Source of the DNA: a candidate division CPR2 bacterium GW2011_GWC2_39_35
Lineage (GTDB): Bacteria; Patescibacteriota; CPR2
NCBI GenBank assembly: GCA_000995065.1
Contig: LBWX01000003.1
Span: 22,304-86,303, forward strand
DNA: 64,000 nt
Direction of reading: 5' to 3'
The notes under the pieces are model-generated. The model worked only from the letters and a program-made list of their open reading frames with translations, ran no database searches and had not been told where the DNA came from. The stretch's first letter is position 1, and every line of letters begins with the position of its first letter. Position numbers and translations under genes: made by a program. Below, piece after piece: positions 1-10,727 of the stretch.

Positions 1-1338
1 TAAAGAGTAATGGATATCACCACCCTGCCGATTGAGGCCATAAATTAAATCACCTTCATCACTTAAGATATAAAGTTCTAAATTAGCAGCCCTGAATTTG
101 TCTAGTGCTTCTTTAATGCCCTGGTTAAACACGGCGCTTTGATAAAGATAATAGTCCTGGCCATCCTTTGAGAAATGTTGGAAGAGATGCATCATATTAT
201 CAAAGAAAAGAGCAAAATCCTGACCATCCGCCCTAACAAGCATTTCTCTTTTAAAATCGCTATTTGCAGGATCCGTTGAAAGGATCTCTTGGCCTTGGCT
301 CGAGATAACAGAATTATACCGAACGCAATCCAAGCCAATGGCTAAGAAATTGGTATCATCAAAAACTTTTTGGAAGCTATCCTTGGAAAGATCTGTTCCC
401 TGAAGTTTACTTGCCAAATCTTCAGCATCGGCTTTATGTAGCTTTAAGTGCTCCGCAAGGGCTAAACCTTCTAAATTATTTAGGCTTTCAATCGATTGCT
501 GAACCGAATCCGATTGATTTTTGTAGAGAAGCTGGGCAAGAATAATTGAAAGCAAAAGCAATGGGATAATGACAGCGAGCACAATATAACTCAAGGATTT
601 TCTTTGAATTGAGCCCATATTTGACAAAAATTCTTGTTTAGAAAACGGCTGATAGAAAAAGATAGCAAGCCAAACAAAGAAAGGCAATGCTGCCTGTAAT
701 ATTTCTGGCTTGGCAGCCCGAGCCGAAAAAAGCAAAAACAAAAGCACACCTGTTGAGAAATAAAAAAATTTGAACGGTTTTTTACGGAAAGCTTCGGAAA
801 AAAGCATCATCAAAGCACTTACAAACAATCCGCCAGCCGAGATTTTGACAATTAAATTTAATGATGGCGGCAAGACAGAATACCTGTCGGGGTATATAAA
901 AATAATCGCGCCAAAGATCACTGCGCAAACACCTGTTGATAGAACGCCAACGTTTACAATTCCTTTTTTAGTTTGCAAACTAAAGCTGTTTAGTAAGAAT
1001 AGGCTGAGGTAGAGGGATCCAAGAGCGAAAAACATAAAAGCAGCAGGAGAATTAACGATTGATCTCGAAGAATAAAAAGCTAGAAAGTAGAAAATAACGA
1101 CGGCTGGAAGCCAGGTAAAACGGCGTAAGTTATGGCGCAAGTACTTGAGATAATGATAATAGTAACAAACCAAGCCATCAACCAGTAAAATTATAGAAAG
1201 AGCAAAGCTGTAGGGAATGGGCGGCGAATTTAAAAACTGGCTGACCTGCACAGGATTAAAGGCAAAAATGATTGCAAAGAAGATCATAAAAACTGATGCA
1301 ATCCAGCCATAAAAAGTTGAAACAAACGTTAGCTTCAC
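1..1338 (-). CDS. partial CDS (N-terminal ~445 aa in window; continues beyond window start): polytopic membrane protein with a C-terminal hydrophilic, possibly extracytoplasmic domain; function unknown
   Basis: Manual minus-strand translation from GTG at 1338-1336 (GGAGGG just upstream) stays open to position 1; about 8 hydrophobic segments followed by a soluble domain. Absent from the ORF track because no stop codon falls inside the window. Confidence 0.45.
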   Translation of the reverse strand, partial: MKLTFVSTFYGWIASVFMIFFAIIFAFNPVQVSQFLNSPPIPYSFALSIILLVDGLVCYYYHYLKYLRHNLRRFTWLPAVVIFYFLAFYSSRSIVNSPAAFMFFALGSLYLSLFLLNSFSLQTKKGIVNVGVLSTGVCAVIFGAIIFIYPDRYSVLPPSLNLIVKISAGGLFVSALMMLFSEAFRKKPFKFFYFSTGVLLFLLFSARAAKPEILQAALPFFVWLAIFFYQPFSKQEFLSNMGSIQRKSLSYIVLAVIIPLLLLSIILAQLLYKNQSDSVQQSIESLNNLEGLALAEHLKLHKADAEDLASKLQGTDLSKDSFQKVFDDTNFLAIGLDCVRYNSVISSQGQEILSTDPANSDFKREMLVRADGQDFALFFDNMMHLFQHFSKDGQDYYLYQSAVFNQGIKEALDKFRAANLELYILSDEGDLIYGLNRQGGDIHYSL

Positions 1339-1659
1339 TATCCCTCCACTTTAAATTCTATCCCCAAAGCCCCAAGGTTGCAATGGGAAGCTACTAGCTC
1401 ATAAAATGGTAAAAATACATCGCCTGAAAGTTATCGTCAAATTTAGCTTCAAAAAGAGAACCGGTCCCTAGGCCCTACCAAGAATCAAAAATAGCTAATT
1501 TTGTATTCAAAAAAAGAACCGTCCCCCTTCCTCCTGACAAAGGAGATTGCTTCGGGCCGATTATATCGGCCCTCGCAATGACATTTGTAATTTAGACTTT
1601 GACATTGATTAGAAATTCGAAATTAGGAATTAGACATTCAAAGAGCTTTGCTCTTTGGC

Positions 1660-4170
1660 TTACTTCCCTTCTTCCACTTTCTCCACTTCTTCTTCAATCT
1701 TTTCCTCCGTAACTAGGGTTACAGACGAAACTTTGTCTTTCTCATTTAGCCTCATTACTCTTACGCCCTGAGTTACTCGGCCGATTTTGTTTACTTGTTT
1801 TAATGGAAGTCTAATTACCACGCCTTGTTTGGAAACAATTACTAAGTCTTCTTTTAGGTCTTCTATAATCCTTACGTCCACAACCGGTCCGGTTTTTGGT
1901 GTAACAGAGGCGGCTTTAATGCCTACACCGCCGCGACGGTGCGGGGCAAATTCTTCCACATCGGTTCTTTTGCCGTAGCCGTTTTCCATAATTACCATCA
2001 TCTGCTGGCCTTTTTTGTCTTTAACTACCACATCGGTACCCATAATTTGATCGGTACCTTTCATCTTCATGCCCCTAACTCCTCTGGCACCGCGACCCAT
2101 TGGTCTAACATCTTTTTCAGAGAATCTATTAGCCATGCCGGATTTAGTGGCCATGATGATTTCGTCTTCGCCTGATGTGGTCTTAACCCAGCAAAGAGCA
2201 TCACCCTTGTCTAGATTTAGGGCAATCAAACCATTTTTTCGAACATTTTCAAATTGCTCAATGGCAACTTTTTTAATAACCCCAAATTTAGTGGCAAAGA
2301 ACAGGTATTTAGCGTCGGTTTTTTCGTCTTTGGAAACAGTGATAACGGAAGTTACAATTTCTTCCGGTGCTAACTGAATGAAGTTTACAATTGGCGAACC
2401 CTTGGCAATCCTGGAACCCATTGGTATTTCGTATACCTTTGTTCTAAACACACGGCCTTTGTTAGTAAAGAACATGATTTCATCGTGGTTGTGGGTTAAA
2501 ATCATGTGCTCCACGATATCTTCTTCTTTGGTTTGCATGCCCATTACGCCCTTACCACCGCGCTGTTGCTGGCGGAAAGTAGAGGCTAAAATTCTTTTAA
2601 TGTAGTTGCCCTTTGTTAAGGCTACAATCACGGTTTCGTTGGCAACTAAATCTTCTTCAGAGAATTCGCCAAGTCTATTTTTGATGATTTTTGACTTTCT
2701 GGCGTCTCCGTATTTAGTCTTAATTTCACCTAACTCTTCTTTAATAACTGCTAAGATTTTTTCCGGATGGGCAAGTAAGTCTTCCAGGTGAGCAATTAAC
2801 TTTTGAAGCTCGGCGTATTCGTCTTCTATTTTCTTTCTTTCCAAGCCGGCTAAAGTTTGAAGCCTCATGTCGAGAATTGCTTGAGCCTGAATATCGGTCA
2901 GCTTAAACTTGGTCATCAAATTTGTTTTAGCTTCTTCTTTGGTGGCGGATGCACGGATAGTTTTTATGACTTCGTCAATTTGACCCAAAGCAATGAGCAA
3001 ACCTTCTAAAATATGAGCCCGCTCTTTGGCTTTTCTTAAATCGTACTCAGCACGGCGAGTAACTACATTTTGCCTGTGCTTTATAAACTCTTCTAAGATA
3101 GTTTTAAGCGACAAAAGTCTTGGCTGAATACCATCAATTAAGGCAATCATATTAAAATGCAAAGCTGTTTGCATGTTAGTCATTTTGTAGAGCTGGTTTA
3201 AGATTTTGTTTGGATAAGCGTCTTTTTTAAGATCCACAACTACGCGCACACCCTTTTTGTCGGATTCATCCCTAAGATCGGAAATGCCCACAATCTTTTT
3301 GTCTTTTACCAAGTCGGCAATCTTGGAAACTAAATCAGACTTGTTAACTTGGTACGGAATTTCGGAAACGATAATTTGGAAACCGCCTTTTTTAGATTCC
3401 ACAATTTCGGCATTTGCCCGGATAATGACTTTTCCGCGACCGGTGCCGTAGGCCTGGGCCACTTCGTCTGCGTAAACAGTTGCCCCGGTTGGAAAGTCCG
3501 GACCTTTTATAAACTTCATAAGGTCTTCAACTGCTGCTTCTGGGTTGTCGATCAAATGCGTTGTTGCGTCTATTACTTCATTTAAATTATGCGGCGGAAT
3601 GTTGGTGGCCATACCCACGGCAATTCCCATCTGGCCGTTTACAAGCAAGTTAGGGATTCTGGATGGCAAGACTACCGGCTCTTTTACGGAGCCATCGTAG
3701 TTTGGCATAAAGTCTACAGTATCTTTTTCGATGTCAGTAAGCATTTCTTCGGCAACTGAGGTCATTCTGGCTTCAGTGTACCTCATTGCAGCAGCTGAAT
3801 CACCGTCCATGGAGCCAAAGTTACCCTGGCCATCTACTTGCGGATATCGAAGCGAGAAGTCTTGGGCCATTCGGACCATGGAATCATAAACCGCCGTGTC
3901 GCCGTGCGGATGGTATTTACCTAAAACTTCACCAACTACGAAAGCCGACTTTTTGTACTTTGCGTTATGCCGAAGCCCAAGAGAATTCATGGCGTAAAGA
4001 ATACGCCTATGAACCGGTTTTAAACCGTCCCTTACGTCCGGCAAAGCACGGGACACAATAACCGACATTGCATAATCTAGGTAAGACTGCTGCATTTCAT
4101 CTGTCATTTCCCGGGGTTTTACGTAACCAACGTTAAACGGAAGTTGTTCACCTGAACTTTTTTTAGCCAT
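1660..4170 (-). CDS. gyrA: DNA gyrase subunit A
   Basis: 836 aa; N-terminal MAKK...[32 protein letters not shown] and the active-site Tyr region typical of GyrA; the C-terminal beta-pinwheel repeats are present. Confidence 0.97.
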   Translation of the reverse strand: MAKKSSGEQLPFNVGYVKPREMTDEMQQSYLDYAMSVIVSRALPDVRDGLKPVHRRILYAMNSLGLRHNAKYKKSAFVVGEVLGKYHPHGDTAVYDSMVRMAQDFSLRYPQVDGQGNFGSMDGDSAAAMRYTEARMTSVAEEMLTDIEKDTVDFMPNYDGSVKEPVVLPSRIPNLLVNGQMGIAVGMATNIPPHNLNEVIDATTHLIDNPEAAVEDLMKFIKGPDFPTGATVYADEVAQAYGTGRGKVIIRANAEIVESKKGGFQIIVSEIPYQVNKSDLVSKIADLVKDKKIVGISDLRDESDKKGVRVVVDLKKDAYPNKILNQLYKMTNMQTALHFNMIALIDGIQPRLLSLKTILEEFIKHRQNVVTRRAEYDLRKAKERAHILEGLLIALGQIDEVIKTIRASATKEEAKTNLMTKFKLTDIQAQAILDMRLQTLAGLERKKIEDEYAELQKLIAHLEDLLAHPEKILAVIKEELGEIKTKYGDARKSKIIKNRLGEFSEEDLVANETVIVALTKGNYIKRILASTFRQQQRGGKGVMGMQTKEEDIVEHMILTHNHDEIMFFTNKGRVFRTKVYEIPMGSRIAKGSPIVNFIQLAPEEIVTSVITVSKDEKTDAKYLFFATKFGVIKKVAIEQFENVRKNGLIALNLDKGDALCWVKTTSGEDEIIMATKSGMANRFSEKDVRPMGRGARGVRGMKMKGTDQIMGTDVVVKDKKGQQMMVIMENGYGKRTDVEEFAPHRRGGVGIKAASVTPKTGPVVDVRIIEDLKEDLVIVSKQGVVIRLPLKQVNKIGRVTQGVRVMRLNEKDKVSSVTLVTEEKIEEEVEKVEEGK

Positions 4171-4385
4171 TTGCTCCTCTTTTTCTAGTTGTCATTGCAA
4201 GCCTTTAGACGAAGCAATCCCGTCCGATATTAACTAGATTGCCGCGATCGCTTAATTCTCCCTCGCAATGACTGAAATATTCTTTCTTAATATGTCTTTT
4301 AACTTATCCATTATACCTAATTTGAAGCTAAAAAACAAGTTTCTCATACAGCTTTTTAAAACCGGAAAATCAAGAGTCTAAAGGG

Positions 4386-4414
4386 TTGAAAAAAAAGCCT
4401 TTTTCTGGTATAAT
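4386..4414 (+). promoter_or_regulatory. sigma70-like promoter TTGAAA-17nt-TATAAT for the plus-strand operon 4502-7715
   Basis: TTGAAA at 4386-4391, 17-nt spacer, TATAAT at 4409-4414, about 85 nt upstream of a GTG with a GTGAGGAGG Shine-Dalgarno. Confidence 0.6.
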
Positions 4415-4501
4415 TCTCTAGCCGCGGAAGCGATAAATATAGATGTTCTAGATAGAAGGTTAAAATTTAAAAAATCGAATATAGTGAGGAGGAAAAACTA
4501 A

Positions 4502-4687
4502 GTGGTAAATGAAGCTAGAAATTCAAGAAAGCTAAGCGTGGGATTACCAGAAGCATTTGTCAGCCACTGGTGGAATGTTGGACTAGAGTATTTGCTCACC
4601 GCTTTAGGCGCTAATATTATCAAGTCTGGTAAAACCACTATGGCCAAATTCAATCGCGGTATCGAACTTGCACTTGCGGAATTCTGA
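4502..4687 (+). CDS. 61-aa ORF with a strong RBS, in the SAME reading frame as the following 277-aa ORF and separated from it only by TGA (4685-4687) plus 4 sense codons; likely the true N-terminus of an interrupted gene
   Basis: 4700-4502=198, divisible by 3; no other stop between 4502 and 5533; GTGAGGAGG SD 6 nt upstream of the GTG start. Confidence 0.4.
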   Translation: MVNEARNSRKLSVGLPEAFVSHWWNVGLEYLLTALGANIIKSGKTTMAKFNRGIELALAEF

Positions 4688-4699
4688 CCGGCAGTTAAG

Positions 4700-5533
4700 G
4701 TGGCAGTTGGCCATGTAGACTTTCTGGCAAAGAATCCGGAAGTCGATATTATCTTTCTTATCCGGCCTGTTGCTGAAGAGAGGCTGGAACTAAATTGCCC
4801 TTACATGTTGGGCTATCCAGACTACACCAGAATGCTCTTAAAGGAGCCGGGCAGGAAGATAAGATCACTACAAGTCGAGTTCAGATTACGGCCAGGAACC
4901 AAAGCCGGACAAGAGATCGAAGGCATCTTTAAATCAGAAATAGCTGAAATCGCCGAGATTTTCGGTGTAAGCTATCACTTGGTCAGGAAAGAATTCTTTG
5001 AAGCTCTGAAGCTGCAAAAAGAGCACGAGCGACAAGTATATCTAAACAAGTTGCTGCCGAACGGCCTGGAACAACCGGAATCCCCAAAATTCCGAGTACT
5101 TGCGTTGGGTCATTCGTACAACCTATGGGATAACATAATGTCGCATCACATCGTGTCAAAGATAATCGACCAGGGAGGACACGTAACCACCAAGGAAATG
5201 CTTGATAAAGAGCTCCTGTCTAAATGTGCAAAGCGCGGTCTTCCCAAAGAGCTATTTTGGACCCAGTCCAAACACCTTGCTGGTGCCGCTTTACAAGCTA
5301 TGAATACGGGATCGGTAGATGGGATTATGTTTATCCAAAGCTTCGGCTGCGGACCTGACGCAACTATCACTCCACTATTGGCTAGGGAAGCCAAAAAAGC
5401 AAAGATGCCTTTTTCGATCATCAACATAGACGTTCAAACTGCTGATGCCGGTATTGATACCAGGGTAGAAGCAACGGCGGACGCCTTGATTGAAGACATT
5501 TTAGAAGGAAGGAAGGTGAGAACGAAGTGTTAA
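4700..5533 (+). CDS. 2-hydroxyacyl-CoA dehydratase-like / DUF2229-family protein fragment (HgdB/YjiM-like), partner of the BadF-type ATPase; possibly one 343-aa gene with the 61-aa ORF, interrupted by a TGA
   Basis: 277 aa; FGCGPDATITPLL motif near the C-terminus as in HGD-D/DUF2229 proteins; no convincing independent start or SD; 7-nt overlap with the next ORF. Confidence 0.45.
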   Translation: MAVGHVDFLAKNPEVDIIFLIRPVAEERLELNCPYMLGYPDYTRMLLKEPGRKIRSLQVEFRLRPGTKAGQEIEGIFKSEIAEIAEIFGVSYHLVRKEFFEALKLQKEHERQVYLNKLLPNGLEQPESPKFRVLALGHSYNLWDNIMSHHIVSKIIDQGGHVTTKEMLDKELLSKCAKRGLPKELFWTQSKHLAGAALQAMNTGSVDGIMFIQSFGCGPDATITPLLAREAKKAKMPFSIINIDVQTADAGIDTRVEATADALIEDILEGRKVRTKC

Positions 5534-6720
5534 AGAAGTTCTTAAACCAAGCTAAATGGCTGCTCACAAAGAAAAAGATAGCAGTTCCAAGAATGGGCAC
5601 TTTGTACTGGCTCCTTTACCCTCTTTCTAAAAGGTTAAAGTTTGAGCTTCAGGAGCAACCCAAAATTACTCAAAAAACGGTTAAGAAAGGATCGCTTCAT
5701 GCCGAAGAAGGTATGTGCTTACCTTTTAAATACGTTTTAGGTAACTTCATGGATGCCCTGGAAAAAGGTGCAAATATTGTGCTCTTTGCTGGTGGAATCG
5801 GGCCATGCCGTTTTGGCTACTACTCGCCCCTTTTTGAAGCCACACTAAAAGACCTGGGCTATCTATTTAGATTAATTTCGATAGAACCATGGTTTACAGG
5901 AAGAGGCTTCATAGACAAGTACCGTTTTTGGCGATCTTTTGCCAAACTAGGCAGGGTTAAAAACCCGATTCGGATTGCTTGGGCAATTTGGGAAAGCTTT
6001 TACATTGCCCAGTGCATTGATGAGATTACCAGTATGCTCAATTACACACGAGCAATAGAAGTCAAAAAAGGCTCAACCAATAGAGCATATAGGAAAGCAC
6101 TGGATCTGCTAGCCAACTCCAAGCATTATTGGCAAGCTAAGCGGAACTTCGAGACAGCCAAAGAGATGATGGCTGCTATTAAAACCGATGCTTCCAAACT
6201 GAAAGGCGTCGTGGGAATCGTTGGTGAATTCTACGTAGTTCTGGAACCATCTGCCAATATGCGAATTATCGAGTGGCTAAATGATCATGGCATTGCTGTT
6301 ATTTGCTCGATATTTGTTACCGATTGGGTTGGCCCGGATACTTCACCCAAGGTTGCCCACATTAACAAAATCAAAGCCCATGAATTGGCTAAAAAGGAAG
6401 ATACATTCCACAGATGGTGTGGCGGCGATTGCACAGCAAACGTTGGTCACGCAGTCTATTTGATGGATCACCTTAACGTAGATGCAATCATCCAACTGCT
6501 TCCATTTACCTGCATGCCGGATACAATGGCAACGGTCGGCCTAATGGCAGTCACTGAAAAACGTGATATTCCGTTTGCCCGTTATATCTACGATGAACAT
6601 TCAGCGCTAGCAGGACTGGAAACAAGATGGGAAGGATTAATCGACACCATCGAGATGAAAAGACTGGACAAAGAACTTCATGAAATAGCTCAGAGAGAGG
6701 CGGTGCGAAGCAAAGTATGA
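5527..6720 (+). CDS. DUF2229 / CoA-substrate-specific enzyme activase-associated domain protein (HgdA/B-like partner subunit)
   Basis: 397 aa; EGMCLPFKYVLGNFMDAL...LFAGGIGPCRFGYY motif recalled from DUF2229 domains fused to BcrAD_BadFG ATPases; translationally coupled on both sides (overlaps 5533 and 6717). Confidence 0.5.
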   Translation: MLKKFLNQAKWLLTKKKIAVPRMGTLYWLLYPLSKRLKFELQEQPKITQKTVKKGSLHAEEGMCLPFKYVLGNFMDALEKGANIVLFAGGIGPCRFGYYSPLFEATLKDLGYLFRLISIEPWFTGRGFIDKYRFWRSFAKLGRVKNPIRIAWAIWESFYIAQCIDEITSMLNYTRAIEVKKGSTNRAYRKALDLLANSKHYWQAKRNFETAKEMMAAIKTDASKLKGVVGIVGEFYVVLEPSANMRIIEWLNDHGIAVICSIFVTDWVGPDTSPKVAHINKIKAHELAKKEDTFHRWCGGDCTANVGHAVYLMDHLNVDAIIQLLPFTCMPDTMATVGLMAVTEKRDIPFARYIYDEHSALAGLETRWEGLIDTIEMKRLDKELHEIAQREAVRSKV

Positions 6721-7715
6721 GAGGCTATTTAGGAATCGATGTTGGATCTGTTAGCACAGACCTGGCGGTGATAGATGAGAAAACTGACAAAGTCGTCGGC
6801 CTTGTATACATACGCACAAAGGGCCAACCAGTCGTCGCGGTCCAAGAAGGATTGAAAGAGCTTCTTGCCCAGTTCCCTAATGGGATCGAGATCATAGGAG
6901 CAGGAACCACAGGAAGTGCACGTAATATAGCCGGGCTTATGATAAATGCCGATCTAATCAAGAATGAGATCACAGCTCATGCAAAAGCAACGGCATTTTT
7001 CCACCCCAAAACAAGGACCGTATTCGAAATCGGCGGGCAAGATAGTAAATTGATACTACTGGAAAATGGCCGTCTAAAAGATTTCGCGATGAATACGGTG
7101 TGCGCTGCGGGAACGGGATCTTTCTTAGACCAGCAAGCCGGGCGACTTGGTATAACAATCGAGGAATTTAGCAATGAAGCTTTAAAAAGCGAAGTTAAGT
7201 GTCGTATTTCTGGACGCTGTGCGGTGTTTGCCGAATCAGATATGATTCACAAGGCCAATGCCGGTTACAGAAGACCAGACATTGTCTACGGGCTATGCGA
7301 AGCCCTTGTCAGAAATTTCCTTAACAATCTTGCAAAGGGCAAGGAGTTAAAAAGCCCCATCGTCTTCCAGGGTGGCGTTGCCGCAAATGCCGGGATGGTA
7401 AAAGCTTTTGGAGAAACAGTGGGAATCGAAATAATCGTTCCTGAATACCATCATTGCATGGGTGCCATTGGCTCATCATTACTGGCGAAGCTGCATATCC
7501 AAAGAACTGGCCTACAAACCACCTTCTCCGGTTTCGACAGTATCAACCTTGACTTCTCCAGTAGAAGTTTCAACTGCGACGGGTGCGAGAACGAATGCGA
7601 AATCTCAACTTTAATGAGAGACGATGAAGTTCTCGCCTGCAAGGGCAGTATCTGTAAGAAATATGACAACGTTACAGGTCATATTGACGAGGTACTTCAA
7701 CTAGCAAACGCCTAG
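6717..7715 (+). CDS. BadF/BadG/BcrA/BcrD-family ATPase (2-hydroxyglutaryl-CoA dehydratase activator HgdC-like) with an extra Cys-rich C-terminal tail
   Basis: 332 aa; LGIDVGSVSTDLAV, IGAGTTGSARN and VFEIGGQDSK actin-fold ATPase motifs; ATGA overlap with the upstream gene; tail CDGCENEC...C...C. Confidence 0.8.
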   Translation: MRGYLGIDVGSVSTDLAVIDEKTDKVVGLVYIRTKGQPVVAVQEGLKELLAQFPNGIEIIGAGTTGSARNIAGLMINADLIKNEITAHAKATAFFHPKTRTVFEIGGQDSKLILLENGRLKDFAMNTVCAAGTGSFLDQQAGRLGITIEEFSNEALKSEVKCRISGRCAVFAESDMIHKANAGYRRPDIVYGLCEALVRNFLNNLAKGKELKSPIVFQGGVAANAGMVKAFGETVGIEIIVPEYHHCMGAIGSSLLAKLHIQRTGLQTTFSGFDSINLDFSSRSFNCDGCENECEISTLMRDDEVLACKGSICKKYDNVTGHIDEVLQLANA

Positions 7716-7749
7716 CGCAAATGCAAGACGAGAGTCTATAAAATACAAA

Positions 7750-7809
7750 GGCGGGAGCCTCAATGGTCTACATGACATTGAGCAACTCCCGTCTTTTCGC
7801 TTTTTATAG
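7750..7809 (+). terminator. intrinsic terminator after the activase operon
   Basis: Imperfect hairpin GGCGGGAGCCTCAATG...CATTGAGCAACTCCCGTC followed by TTTTCGCTTTTTATAGGCTTTTTT. Confidence 0.55.
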
Positions 7810-7815
7810 GCTTTT

Positions 7816-9903
<2,088 letters not shown>

Positions 9904-9970
9904 TTAAATGGATGCATGCGAAAATTAAATATTTTTAGTTTCAATTACCTATCAATTTTAGCATGATTTA

Positions 9971-10019
9971 AGCGAAAAAGCAAAGAAAATAGGGGTCAAA
10001 AACATCTTTGACCCCTATT
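9971..10019 (-). terminator. intrinsic terminator downstream of the 167-aa gene
   Basis: Perfect 13-bp stem AATAGGGGTCAAA/TTTGACCCCTATT with a 6-nt loop, followed on the minus strand by TTTTCTTTGCTTTTTCG. Confidence 0.7.
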
Positions 10020-10032
10020 CGGGACTATTTCT

Positions 10033-10536
10033 TTAACATGTGTAATTTTCCACTTTCTTAAGCTGCATCTGAACCATAATGCCGGTAATTAATTCTGCTA
10101 CTTTGTCCTTCGATACCTCATCACCAACTGCAAGAGTGCCAACAACATTACCAACATACGATTTGAGAAACTGACGAAACTCAGCATCGCCTTCGAACAC
10201 GAAACGAACATCTTTTAACTTCGGCGGATTTTTAACCATAAATATGCCCATATAAACCGCAATTCTTGGCTTCTGGATTACCGAATTATTATGAACGTCA
10301 TCCTGAAGTCTTAAGTAAATCACTAAGGTAATCTGATCTGTTGCCTTAACTTCCTTATGACTATAACGAGTTAAGAGACTCTTAAAGCTCTCTCCCTCAA
10401 CTATCTCTCTAGCCTCGCCATATTTCATAATGCTGTAAAGATTTCCAAGATCTCGCTCATACGGATTTTCAGCCGAACCTGCAAAAGCAACAATGTCATA
10501 TACATCTCCCTTTAATAGATGTATCCCTTCCTCCAT
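10033..10536 (-). CDS. hypothetical protein
   Basis: 167-aa ORF with an SD (GGAGAG) and a downstream terminator; no family recognised. Confidence 0.5.
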   Translation of the reverse strand: MEEGIHLLKGDVYDIVAFAGSAENPYERDLGNLYSIMKYGEAREIVEGESFKSLLTRYSHKEVKATDQITLVIYLRLQDDVHNNSVIQKPRIAVYMGIFMVKNPPKLKDVRFVFEGDAEFRQFLKSYVGNVVGTLAVGDEVSKDKVAELITGIMVQMQLKKVENYTC

Positions 10537-10727
10537 TTCGCTCTCCTTTCTTTTCTGTATTCTGCCTTCTTTCTACAATTTTAACCTAATCTTATATTTA
10601 CTTGCCTTACACTCCGCGCTTTTCTAATTTTTAATTCATACAATCATGACCCATGCATAACAACGGATTCTAGCATAAATAAGTATAAAAAGCAAAGAAA
10701 AGTTAGGGAATAAAATTCTAACTTCTG

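Noticed and set aside
4685-4687. TGA as selenocysteine or a genome-wide recoded codon
   Set aside because: No SECIS-like hairpin follows the TGA. Many long genes here (gyrA, uvrA, smc) are intact under the standard code and terminate with TGA-compatible stops, so code 25-type recoding is unlikely. Read-through or a pseudogene remains possible.
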